Part shown: piece by piece, positions 35,353 through 43,485 of the stretch
Position numbering within the stretch: position 1 is the stretch's first letter
Layout of the letters: each line of letters begins with the position of its first letter
Source of the DNA: an uncultured Christensenella sp.
Lineage (GTDB): Bacteria > Bacillota > Clostridia > Christensenellales > UBA3700
NCBI GenBank assembly: GCA_910579785.1
Contig: CAJTVJ010000001.1
Coordinates: 40,732-104,731 of the forward strand
DNA length: 64,000 bases
Reading direction: 5' to 3'
Translations under genes and position numbers: made by a program
The notes under the pieces: model-generated
What the model was told of the DNA's origin: nothing
Seen by the model: the letters and a program-made list of their open reading frames with translations, nothing else
The model's database searches: none

Positions 35353-36639
35353 ATGAAATACAACGAATCAATGTACAATATAATAATTACACAAAACAAT
35401 GATTATGTTTTTTTATACAATGCTTATTCTGGAGCTTTTGCTAAATTAGAAAAAACAGTATATGAGAGTATCAATGACAAAGTTGTTGATGATAGTAAGC
35501 CGTGCAAGTATTTTCAAGAGCTTTTAAGCGAAGGTTTTATCAAGCCATTGCATTTAAACGAGTTTAATAGAATTCTTGCATACGAAAAAATGGCAATTTA
35601 TGAGCGCAATGATGATAGACTAACGTTCGTAATTGCGCCTACATTAGCATGTAATTTGCATTGTCACTATTGTTTTGAAAAGGGGTATCAAAGGGATCAG
35701 TTCATGACAAATGAAATGGTCAAAGATGTTTTAGAGTATATTAACAAGCAAATTAGGTCAAATACAAAATATGTACATATAAACTGGTTTGGCGGTGAGC
35801 CATTAATTGCGTTTGATATTATTGCAACACTAAGCGAAAATTTGATAAAAGACTTGCAAGAAAAAGGCATTCAATATTCTGCAAGTATGATTACTAATGG
35901 GGTATTACTTACTCCAGAGCGAGTAAATATTTTATCTGAAAAATATGCATTAAAGAAAGTCCAAATTACAGTTGATGGAACAGAAGAGATTTATTGCAGA
36001 CAGAAAGGCGCAACACCAAAGCAATTTAGGCAAGTTTTAAATAACATTAAAGAAGCTATAAAGTATATTCACGTTTTAATACGGTTTAATTGCGGAAAAG
36101 ATAATTACGATGATATTTTAGAGGTAACTAAACAAATTATTGATTATTGCGGAGTAAATAAGAATCTAAATTTATACTTAGCAAAACTTGTTGATTATAG
36201 TTCCAAATGCGAAACGGGATATTTTAAGCAAGATGAATTTGATTTGAAAGTCATAGAATACAATCAATATGTTAGCAGATTACTTAATAAGGAGTACAAA
36301 CCAAAATTACCTAGATATAGAAGAAGTTTTTGCGGTCAATTCAAACTTAGAAATCTAGTTATTGGTCCAAAGGGAGAGTTTTATAAGTGTGAACATGATT
36401 TAGGGAGAGAAGATAGAATAATTGGTAATGTGTATCAAGGTATTTTCTATACTGATACAATGATGAATTTTCTGGAAAATGCTGTTCACGAACAATGCAA
36501 AGAATGTAAATTGTTTCCTCTTTGTATAGGTGGCTGTCCATCGCAAAAAAGAGACTTGAAAGAAGGTCAAAGTTGTTGGCTGAGCATAGAGTATATAAAA
36601 CAACTACTAATGAGATATTTAGATAATAAAATTAATTAA
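35353..36639 (+). CDS. radical SAM / SPASM-domain peptide maturase
   Basis: CNLHCHYC (CX3CX2C) radical SAM cluster motif. C-terminal CKECKLFPLCIGGC (CX2CX5CX3C) SPASM motif. The N-terminal ~90 aa look like a peptide-recognition (RRE-like) region. Confidence 0.85.
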   Translation: MKYNESMYNIIITQNNDYVFLYNAYSGAFAKLEKTVYESINDKVVDDSKPCKYFQELLSEGFIKPLHLNEFNRILAYEKMAIYERNDDRLTFVIAPTLACNLHCHYCFEKGYQRDQFMTNEMVKDVLEYINKQIRSNTKYVHINWFGGEPLIAFDIIATLSENLIKDLQEKGIQYSASMITNGVLLTPERVNILSEKYALKKVQITVDGTEEIYCRQKGATPKQFRQVLNNIKEAIKYIHVLIRFNCGKDNYDDILEVTKQIIDYCGVNKNLNLYLAKLVDYSSKCETGYFKQDEFDLKVIEYNQYVSRLLNKEYKPKLPRYRRSFCGQFKLRNLVIGPKGEFYKCEHDLGREDRIIGNVYQGIFYTDTMMNFLENAVHEQCKECKLFPLCIGGCPSQKRDLKEGQSCWLSIEYIKQLLMRYLDNKIN

Positions 36640-36673
36640 AAATAAATATATAAAAATAAGGAGAATTATAACA

Positions 36674-36826
36674 ATGGAAATAATAATCAATAGCAATGGT
36701 ATTTTAGATGAAAAAATTATGCGCAGTTGTTACGACTGTGATGACTGCAGGTGTGATTGTGACGATTGCGGTTGCGATTGGGACGATGAATGTAGTGGAG
36801 ATGGAACTAAGTGTAGCCAAGACTAA
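36674..36826 (+). CDS. RiPP precursor peptide A3 (50 aa, 9 Cys, 12 Asp)
   Basis: MEIIINSNGILDEKIMRSCYDCDDCRCDCDDCGCDWDDECSGDGTKCSQD. RBS AAGGAGAA. A terminator follows. Confidence 0.65.
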   Translation: MEIIINSNGILDEKIMRSCYDCDDCRCDCDDCGCDWDDECSGDGTKCSQD

Positions 36827-36833
36827 TTAATGT

Positions 36834-36867
36834 CCAGCCGAGAATACGTATAATAAATCTCGGCTGG
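36834..36867. terminator. bidirectional terminator hairpin between convergent operons
   Basis: CCAGCCGAGA ... TCTCGGCTGG is a 10-bp perfect stem with a 14-nt loop. Confidence 0.6.
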
Positions 36868-36875
36868 TCGTTTGA

Positions 36876-37199
36876 TTAAATTGTTTTAGTTTTATCAGGC
36901 ACGTAAATCATATCGGCTACTTTCACAACTTTGTAAGTAATACTTTTTATCGTTTGAGTTACATATTCAGGTTTGCCTTTACATACCGCTCTCAATAATA
37001 CGTGTTGAGTATCTTTTTCTGCGAGTTCTGTGTTTACGTCTATAAAGTTATCCGCATTAGATATTTCCAATACTTTCAAGCCTTTTTGCAGTATGTAGGA
37101 ACTGAATTGCCAAAGTTTCTCAAACATTCCGTTGCTGTCTATTATTACGGATAATTCTTCTTTTTCGTAGTATGCTGTAATTCTAAAATAGTTTGTCAT
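36876..37199 (-). CDS. hypothetical protein (last gene of the minus-strand operon)
   Basis: 107-aa ORF with no recognisable domain. Confidence 0.45.
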   Translation of the reverse strand: MTNYFRITAYYEKEELSVIIDSNGMFEKLWQFSSYILQKGLKVLEISNADNFIDVNTELAEKDTQHVLLRAVCKGKPEYVTQTIKSITYKVVKVADMIYVPDKTKTI

Positions 37200-37217
37200 T
37201 GTTGTAATCTGCTTTTG

Positions 37218-38537
37218 TTATGCTATTTGTTTTAGTTTTTTGTTGGCGTAGGGTAGCCACTTTTTGTTGACGAAGTTAAGGACTTGCTCGTTAGGTTTGC
37301 TATCTTTATCTCCATAACACTGCAAGACTTTATGTTGTTTCAATGAGTATTCTATTGTTACAAACGGAATGTCAGGCGTGTTCTTATCCCGTATAAAGAA
37401 GATAAGGCTTTCTTCACGGATAAAGCGTTGGTCGTAGTTCATTCGTCCTACGCAGTGGTGGAGTATCTCGCCTTCGTTTATTAGGTCGGCTGGACTTTTG
37501 GCGATTACTACAACGTAGGTATTGTCTTTATCTCGTTGCAATGGAAGGTATTTCTCAGCAATACTTGCAAACTTTGCATATAGTTCTTCTCGCTCTTGCT
37601 TGTCTTTTAATGCTTTTGCCGTTCTATATTCGTCAATGCGTATGTCGTGCCAACGCTTGAAATTATGCGGGAGTCTATTCTTATCTTGGCTCATATCCAA
37701 ACCCAAGTAATTGCACGCATTTAAATAGTCTGCGTATGAAGGGATATTTGTATCTTGTGTTGCTATGTATTCTAAGAATTGTTCAATCTGTTTTTCTGTC
37801 TTGAATAACGCTTTAATTTCCGCGTAATTACACTTTTGACAGAATGTCTTTCTATCTTCTTCCGCTTTCTGTACTTTTGCTAGCGGTTTTCTCGTCTTGT
37901 ATGCTTTGAATAACGTGCTTACATAATATCCGTTTAATGCTATTTCGCTACTGTTGCGTATAAGCCATTTGCCAAAGCGTTTGTCCTTTGACGTTTTACG
38001 CAGTATCATTTTACTTGTCGCATAATAGGGAAGCCCAAACTTAACTAACAGTTCCGCTTGCGGATATTGCTCGTAATATCTCAAATACTTAAATATATTC
38101 GTACTTGGATATTTATCTACTGCGCTGTATTTGTATTGTGGGAATTTCAAGGCGTAGTCTACATTGATTATAGGTGCGTATACGTTGAAATATTGAGTAT
38201 AGGCTTCGCCCCATTTGCCGGTTTCCCACCATCTAGGATATTTAGTAAGTCCTTGTTCGTGCCAACCTACTACGTAACCTGCGATCATAATGAATTCCAT
38301 ATCTTTTACTAAGCAATAAGGGGAGTGAACGTCGTGTATTGCTACTTGTTTGCAGTACCAATTCTTACCTTTGTTTCTGCAAGCGACTGTGATTTTTACA
38401 AGTTCTTTCTTATGTTTAGTAAGATAAGCGTAATATCTGGTATGTCCGCTTTGCTCAGGATAGTCTTTCTTATCTCTTCTTTGTATAAGTTTCAACATAT
38501 ACTTTGGGATAGGTTTAATATCTTTTTCGTTCAACAT
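37218..38537 (-). CDS. PcfJ-like protein
   Basis: The C-terminal block EILHHCVGRMNYDQRFIREESLIFFIRDKNTPDIPFVTIEYSLKQHKVLQCYG matches the PcfJ domain pattern of conjugative elements. Confidence 0.7.
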   Translation of the reverse strand: MLNEKDIKPIPKYMLKLIQRRDKKDYPEQSGHTRYYAYLTKHKKELVKITVACRNKGKNWYCKQVAIHDVHSPYCLVKDMEFIMIAGYVVGWHEQGLTKYPRWWETGKWGEAYTQYFNVYAPIINVDYALKFPQYKYSAVDKYPSTNIFKYLRYYEQYPQAELLVKFGLPYYATSKMILRKTSKDKRFGKWLIRNSSEIALNGYYVSTLFKAYKTRKPLAKVQKAEEDRKTFCQKCNYAEIKALFKTEKQIEQFLEYIATQDTNIPSYADYLNACNYLGLDMSQDKNRLPHNFKRWHDIRIDEYRTAKALKDKQEREELYAKFASIAEKYLPLQRDKDNTYVVVIAKSPADLINEGEILHHCVGRMNYDQRFIREESLIFFIRDKNTPDIPFVTIEYSLKQHKVLQCYGDKDSKPNEQVLNFVNKKWLPYANKKLKQIA

Positions 38538-38542
38538 TTGTA

Positions 38543-39466
38543 TTACCTCACATATTTAATTTTGTTTTCAAGTAGGCGAGATAAAATCTCTACATACGGA
38601 TTAGATTCATTGCTATCTAAGACTTCGCCAGTATCCATTACGACGGTGTTTCCGTCATTTGCTTTTACAGTTTGAGTAAGCCTTTTAATATCTTCTTGCT
38701 CAATCACAACTACGCTGTGGTTATTGCGTATCTTGTTAATATATATTTCAGCAGCGTGGTAGGGGAATCCAACCATTGGCAATCTTTCGTCAAGTCCTAT
38801 GTTTCTGCCGGTAAGCGTCAAATCCAATTCTTTGGATAACGTAACTGCGCTTTCTCCAAACGCCTCATAAAAGTCGCCAAGCCTATTGATAACAATGTCT
38901 TGAGGATATTGCTTTTGAGTTTCAAGGTATTGGGAGTAAAATTGGGGTATTTCTTTGCGTTGTTGTATTCTAGGATTCAAGTCATTGAGTATTTCTGACA
39001 CTTCGGCAATCTGTTGTGTGTTGTTTTCTTTGTTGATTTTCTCTTCATCTTGAGCGTCTATAAGGTCAAAGAGAGAAGGTTGTTTATCTTGCTCCTTTGG
39101 TTTGTTTGCAACAACAGAGTTTTGTTTCGGCGGTGTTTTAATTATTGGCTTGTATCCCGTTCCGTCTTCGTTATAAAGAGTGCCTTCAATGCTATCTTCT
39201 TCAAAGTAGTGTATAGACCAACCATAGACAGTTTTATCTTCTATGCAAGCACAGGTTGCTCCTTTTTCGGAGAGTTTCTTCGCCTCGTCGTTCGCATATT
39301 TCATAAATCCTTTAAGCGTTTTTTTGCTTGTAAGTTGCTTGCCGTCTTTCTCTATAGGCGTTCCGTTGTTTATCTTTTCCGCCAAGACTTCGCTAACGTT
39401 TTCTTGAAGATAGGCAAGTATACGCTCTTGAGCAGTTCCTTCAGCGGTTAAGTTTAATTCTCTCAT
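38543..39466 (-). CDS. PcfK/AcrIIA9-like N-terminal domain fused to a MutS domain-I-like C-terminal domain
   Basis: N-terminus: ILAYLQENVSEVLAEKI...ACIEDKTVYGWSIHYFEEDSIEG (PcfK-like). C-terminus: QYLETQKQYPQDIVINRLGDFYEAFGESAVTLSKELDLTLTGRN...LPMVGFPYHAAEIYINKI...VVVIEQ, which aligns with the MutS N-terminal mismatch-binding domain (GDFYE, PM.G.PYHA, EQ). Confidence 0.65.
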   Translation of the reverse strand: MRELNLTAEGTAQERILAYLQENVSEVLAEKINNGTPIEKDGKQLTSKKTLKGFMKYANDEAKKLSEKGATCACIEDKTVYGWSIHYFEEDSIEGTLYNEDGTGYKPIIKTPPKQNSVVANKPKEQDKQPSLFDLIDAQDEEKINKENNTQQIAEVSEILNDLNPRIQQRKEIPQFYSQYLETQKQYPQDIVINRLGDFYEAFGESAVTLSKELDLTLTGRNIGLDERLPMVGFPYHAAEIYINKIRNNHSVVVIEQEDIKRLTQTVKANDGNTVVMDTGEVLDSNESNPYVEILSRLLENKIKYVR

Positions 39467-39672
39467 TGTATATCTGTCTCCCTTTTCAGAATATTTAGTA
39501 TGAGTTGCTCGTCGTAGTCATCAGAACATATCCATATTATTGTTGCTAAGGTCTCAAGAGATGCACCTTGTTTATTGCGTTCAAATAGTTTTCTATATTG
39601 TTTGTTATCTCCGTTAGTAAACCATTGATATTTGTTGCATAGGTAATAAAGTTTATCCGTAGATATTTTCAT
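39463..39672 (-). CDS. small hypothetical protein
   Basis: 69 aa, RBS AAGGAG. Its stop overlaps the next start (ATGA). Confidence 0.5.
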   Translation of the reverse strand: MKISTDKLYYLCNKYQWFTNGDNKQYRKLFERNKQGASLETLATIIWICSDDYDEQLILNILKRETDIQ

Positions 39673-39729
39673 TTGTTGTTTAACTCCTTTAATTTATTTT
39701 TGTTTTGGATATTGAAAAGCCCGCTCTTT

Positions 39730-39933
39730 TCAGAACGGGCAGTCTTTCCAACGTTGCAAGTATTCCTTGCGAGTTTTAATAGGTATTACAAGCCAAGTTG
39801 TATCTAGCGGTGATCGTAATTCGTATCTTTGTCTGTTCCATTCGGCTAAGTCGTAAGTGTTGGTAACGACTTGTACTTTTAACATCTTTTCGTATTGGTC
39901 TGTATAGCAGACTTTGTATCCGTAATCTTTCAT
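39730..39933 (-). CDS. small hypothetical protein
   Basis: 67 aa. Its start overlaps the upstream stop (ATGA). Confidence 0.5.
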   Translation of the reverse strand: MKDYGYKVCYTDQYEKMLKVQVVTNTYDLAEWNRQRYELRSPLDTTWLVIPIKTRKEYLQRWKDCPF

Positions 39934-40109
39934 TCTATTCTCCCGAATATATCGTCTACATAATAGGCGTTTTGAAATATATTAAAAACCGCAGTGCATT
40001 TCACACCGCGGTAATCTACTATATAATTGTTGTTGCCTTTATACTCAAGTATTGTTATATCGTCAATTTCTCCACCTAGAGAGAAGATATGTGCCTTTGT
40101 CTTATTCAT
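39930..40109 (-). CDS. small hypothetical protein (59 aa, missing from the ORF track)
   Basis: MNKTKAHIFSLGGEIDDITILEYKGNNNYIVDYRGVKCTAVFNIFQNAYYVDDIFGRIE. ATGA overlaps at both ends. Confidence 0.45.
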   Translation of the reverse strand: MNKTKAHIFSLGGEIDDITILEYKGNNNYIVDYRGVKCTAVFNIFQNAYYVDDIFGRIE

Positions 40110-40366
40110 TTGTTTTCTCCTTTCTTTGAGTCAATGTATTCTTTGTATTTCGTTTCCGTATACATTATTTCATATACTTCTTCCAAGAGTTCTTCTTGTG
40201 TTCTACCGACACAGCAAGCAATAAGCAGGTTAGTGTTACTGTCAAAAATTCTATCGAAAGCGTATTCGCATATTTGGTCTATGTCTTTATCTCTGTTATC
40301 TCGTTTAGATAGATTTATGCAGTAGATAGCAGTTAGTATTGTTTGAATTTCTTTTGTATTTTTCAT
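40106..40366 (-). CDS. small hypothetical protein
   Basis: 86 aa, RBS AGAGGTGA. Confidence 0.5.
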   Translation of the reverse strand: MKNTKEIQTILTAIYCINLSKRDNRDKDIDQICEYAFDRIFDSNTNLLIACCVGRTQEELLEEVYEIMYTETKYKEYIDSKKGENK

Positions 40367-40367
40367 A

Positions 40368-40670
40368 TTACATCACCTCTTTTATAAGTAAATCTATAAA
40401 GGTATGCCTATACCAATCGTATTGGTCGGTAATATGCCAATAAACTTCACTTTCGCCGGAGTTGTCGTAATTGCACCAAAACTCATATTGACCAATAGGC
40501 TGACCTTCATCATCCCATTCAATGTCGCCTACCCAAGAGTTTATCGACTTTTCTTCGGCTATTAACTCTTTGAATTTATTGTAGGCTTTGTCGTAAGTAT
40601 CATAAACAAAGAGGTCTGTATCTTCGCAGTCCGTAGTAGACCAATCTAACTGTACAATGTAAACATTCAT
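40368..40670 (-). CDS. highly acidic small protein (DNA-mimic/anti-restriction-like composition)
   Basis: 100 aa from the ATG at 40670. I counted about 23 D/E against 6 K/R. It is also Trp/Tyr-rich. Confidence 0.5.
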   Translation of the reverse strand: MNVYIVQLDWSTTDCEDTDLFVYDTYDKAYNKFKELIAEEKSINSWVGDIEWDDEGQPIGQYEFWCNYDNSGESEVYWHITDQYDWYRHTFIDLLIKEVM

Positions 40671-40671
40671 A

Positions 40672-41085
40672 TTATGCAATTCTCCTTATTCCACCGCCGA
40701 ATGACTGTATTGTAATATCTCCAAACTCGCTGCAAGACTCGTCATCTTTGTTCCAAACATATGCAAATGCAGTATGAGTATTACCTTGCGAATAAACTAG
40801 GGTATCCCATTCGCTTTTGTGGTCAGTTACGATAAGGAAATCGTACAACTCGCCAAACTCTGTAAATTCGTGTGTGATAGCGTAAACGGTGCAGTTATGC
40901 TTTTCTTCAATTTGATGCATTTTAGTTTCTATCTCCGGTTCTTGGTATACCCAATATCCGCCGAAGTTTTCAAAGAAACATACTTGGTCATTATCCTTAA
41001 AGCCTTGAATATACGGCTCATAAATGTTGAGAGTTCTCAAAATCTCTATTGCTTTTTCTTTCTTAATTTCTTTACTGATTTTCAT
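40672..41085 (-). CDS. hypothetical protein
   Basis: 137 aa, RBS AAGGAGA. Confidence 0.5.
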   Translation of the reverse strand: MKISKEIKKEKAIEILRTLNIYEPYIQGFKDNDQVCFFENFGGYWVYQEPEIETKMHQIEEKHNCTVYAITHEFTEFGELYDFLIVTDHKSEWDTLVYSQGNTHTAFAYVWNKDDESCSEFGDITIQSFGGGIRRIA

Positions 41086-41099
41086 ATTTGTATCTCCTT

Positions 41100-41513
41100 T
41101 TAGATATAGTTTTGTAATTGTTCAAAGTTGTTGCCAATATTGCGTAGCGTTTCTTCAAAGCCATACCACGCCATAAGGTTTTGATTGTGCGTATCAATAA
41201 TGAGAGGATCTTCTTCATCAAAGTTCTTGCCAAAGATGTCTAGCAAAGAATAACAGCCCATTGATTGCATTTGTTCGCTCAATAAGCTGTTTATCTCATC
41301 TTTATAGTTTTTGTAGAATTTCAACGTGTCAGAGTAATAGATAAGTTCGCTGACAATACCTGATACGCAACCGTGATAAAGCACGTCTTTGAAGATATTT
41401 GTTTTATCTTCGTAACTGTGCCAATGTTCTAAAATATAATTGCATACGTGTCGGGTGAGTTTATTATCTGATTCCCGTTTAATAGTTCTAATGTTTGTTA
41501 AAGTAAGTTTCAT
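41100..41513 (-). CDS. hypothetical protein
   Basis: 137 aa, RBS GAGGTG. Confidence 0.5.
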   Translation of the reverse strand: MKLTLTNIRTIKRESDNKLTRHVCNYILEHWHSYEDKTNIFKDVLYHGCVSGIVSELIYYSDTLKFYKNYKDEINSLLSEQMQSMGCYSLLDIFGKNFDEEDPLIIDTHNQNLMAWYGFEETLRNIGNNFEQLQNYI

Positions 41514-41522
41514 ATGTTCACC

Positions 41523-41753
41523 TCATAAAAATCTAAAATCGTCAATATAGATTTTGTCAAAGTTGATGCCGTACTCAAAGTAACGATTGTCATTATGTTC
41601 GTCAGACTTGTTATCTTCAAATAAGTCAAACGTGTCTTGACTGATCTTACCTTGATTGCTTATGGCAACAGTAATGGTTTGCTGCTCATCATCTATTTCA
41701 ATGATGTCGAATATTATGAGATGGTCTATGTAGTCAAAATCATATTCAAACAT
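41523..41753 (-). CDS. highly acidic small protein
   Basis: 76 aa from the ATG at 41753 behind GAGGTGGG (MFEYDFDYIDHLIIFDIIEIDDEQQ...). The longer ORF-track start overlaps the upstream gene. Confidence 0.5.
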   Translation of the reverse strand: MFEYDFDYIDHLIIFDIIEIDDEQQTITVAISNQGKISQDTFDLFEDNKSDEHNDNRYFEYGINFDKIYIDDFRFL

Positions 41754-41761
41754 ATCCCACC

Positions 41762-42061
41762 TCACACCAACTTGTACCAAATGAAGTAGGTTGTTTCTAC
41801 GTAATCCAAAGTGTCGTAACAATTCTTTTCTTTGTTGTAAATGTTTACGTTTTCGTAAGCAATCGTTATGTAGCCCTTGAATTCGTTTTCGGTATCGCCA
41901 ACCTTTCTACATTTTTTGGCAATGTCCTCAAATACTCTAATGTAAGGATTGCCTTTGCTTGAAGTTGCAGGGATAAGTAAGTTACCTTCAATAAGGTAAC
42001 CGACTCCCTTAAACTTTTCGTCTTTGTTTACTTTTGATATTGAGTAAACTACTTTTTGCAT
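41762..42061 (-). CDS. hypothetical protein, first gene of the minus-strand operon
   Basis: 99 aa, RBS GGAGGT, directly downstream of the hairpin element. Confidence 0.5.
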   Translation of the reverse strand: MQKVVYSISKVNKDEKFKGVGYLIEGNLLIPATSSKGNPYIRVFEDIAKKCRKVGDTENEFKGYITIAYENVNIYNKEKNCYDTLDYVETTYFIWYKLV

Positions 42062-42070
42062 CTTTTTTAC

Positions 42071-42333
42071 CTCCGTGATTTATTAGCCTTTCGGCAGTGG
42101 CGGAGGAGCACAGTTCGGGTAAAATCTTTTAACGTAAAAGTTGAGTAGGAAATGTCAACCGACAAGGCAAGTGAATAGCAATATAATCAAAAAATTATTG
42201 CGTTAGAAAATCCAAAGCTTATATTATAAATAAGTAACAATATATAAATAGGTAATTTAAGTGATAATTTTTTGCGGTTGACATTTGCGAGAACTGTGCT
42301 ACGATAGACACGGCGAAAGGCTAAATCACGGAG
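42071..42333. promoter_or_regulatory. ~260-nt imperfect hairpin carrying -35/-10 elements (Frpo-like single-strand promoter candidate)
   Basis: Paired blocks: 42071-42081/42093 with 42314-42333 (11+9 bp, 3-nt bulge); 42107-42116 with 42291-42300 (10 bp); 42150-42160 with 42276-42286 (11 bp). The right arm has TTGACA (42278-42283), a 16-nt spacer, then TGcTACGAT (42297-42305). The -10 sits opposite a 13-nt mismatch bubble. Confidence 0.55.
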
Positions 42334-42403
42334 TAAGTGTAAATTATTGACTTTTTATTAAATATTTGCAAGAATATTATTACAAACGAAATGAGAGAAT
42401 ATT

Positions 42404-43327
42404 ATGCCTATTGTTTTAACTCAATATGAGAAGGTTTTTAATAAGTGTAAAAATATATTAGAAAATAGCAAAGACAAAAATATGAAAAACAAAGAGAGGC
42501 GTCTTATTGCTGCTTTTGATCAACTGTGTAAATTGCAAGAACCAACGCAAGAATTTTATAGTTTGGTTCACGAAATAACTTTATATGATTTCTTGTTAAA
42601 GCATAATATTAATCCAGTTGCAGGTAACGATATGTACGGTGGACCAGATTTTTCAAGCGAAATTGGCTATATTGAATGTGTGAGTGCAACTATGGGAGAA
42701 AATGGAACGCCAGAGAGGAAATTGATAGATTGGCGCCTAACACAAGACAGTAATAGGTACTTGTCCGCTTTATCTAGATTGACGAGTGTAATCCAATCTA
42801 AACGAAAGAAATATGCCGATTATATTGATAAGCGAGTAATAGATAAATCGACTCCACTAATTATAGCTGTGAGTAGTGCAATGTTTACAAAGGAATTTTG
42901 CGGCGATATGATTTTTGAGTTGGCTATGAAAATCTTATATGGCATTGGCTCTCAAACAATTTTATTTGATAGAGCGAAGCATTCTTTCATTTCACAAAAA
43001 GGAGTAGGGACACATGTATATGATGATATAGGTATTAAAAGTAAAGGAAAAGAATTAAAATTAAATTATTTTGCAAACGAAGATTTCAATATTATTTCCG
43101 CAGTTTTAGTAACTAAAAATGTTATTAACGAGGATTTGGAAAATCGACACGTCGCAATTTTTGCAAACCCTAATGCAATAAATAAACTTGATACAAACAA
43201 AATAGATAATATAAGTTGTTTAATATTTGAAGAAAAGTTTGATGATGGTAAGATGGAAAAAACTAATTATAAATGGCTAAATGTAGAAAGTAAGGTTACA
43301 GATTTCTTTGATGAAAGTGATATATAA
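42404..43327 (+). CDS. hypothetical protein (possible nuclease-like fold, unsupported)
   Basis: 307 aa. Only a weak GGPDF...IGYIECV pattern is visible. It lies upstream of the YobI-like NTPase. Confidence 0.4.
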   Translation: MPIVLTQYEKVFNKCKNILENSKDKNMKNKERRLIAAFDQLCKLQEPTQEFYSLVHEITLYDFLLKHNINPVAGNDMYGGPDFSSEIGYIECVSATMGENGTPERKLIDWRLTQDSNRYLSALSRLTSVIQSKRKKYADYIDKRVIDKSTPLIIAVSSAMFTKEFCGDMIFELAMKILYGIGSQTILFDRAKHSFISQKGVGTHVYDDIGIKSKGKELKLNYFANEDFNIISAVLVTKNVINEDLENRHVAIFANPNAINKLDTNKIDNISCLIFEEKFDDGKMEKTNYKWLNVESKVTDFFDESDI

Positions 43328-43485
43328 AATTTATTTTGTTTTTAATAAATAATCAAAAGTAATTTTATTTTTTTAAACTGAGGTTATTAGTATATTCAAA
43401 TTTTGGACAAATATATTCAAAAATACTAAATAAACATTTTTCAAATTGTTATTTTTATGATAGAATTATCTATATTGGAGGAATT

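Noticed and set aside
36834-36867. 10-bp inverted repeat as a possible oriT for the leading-region-like operon
   Set aside because: Its position between convergent operons and its perfect stem fit an ordinary bidirectional terminator. No relaxase gene or nick-site motif could be identified in the window.
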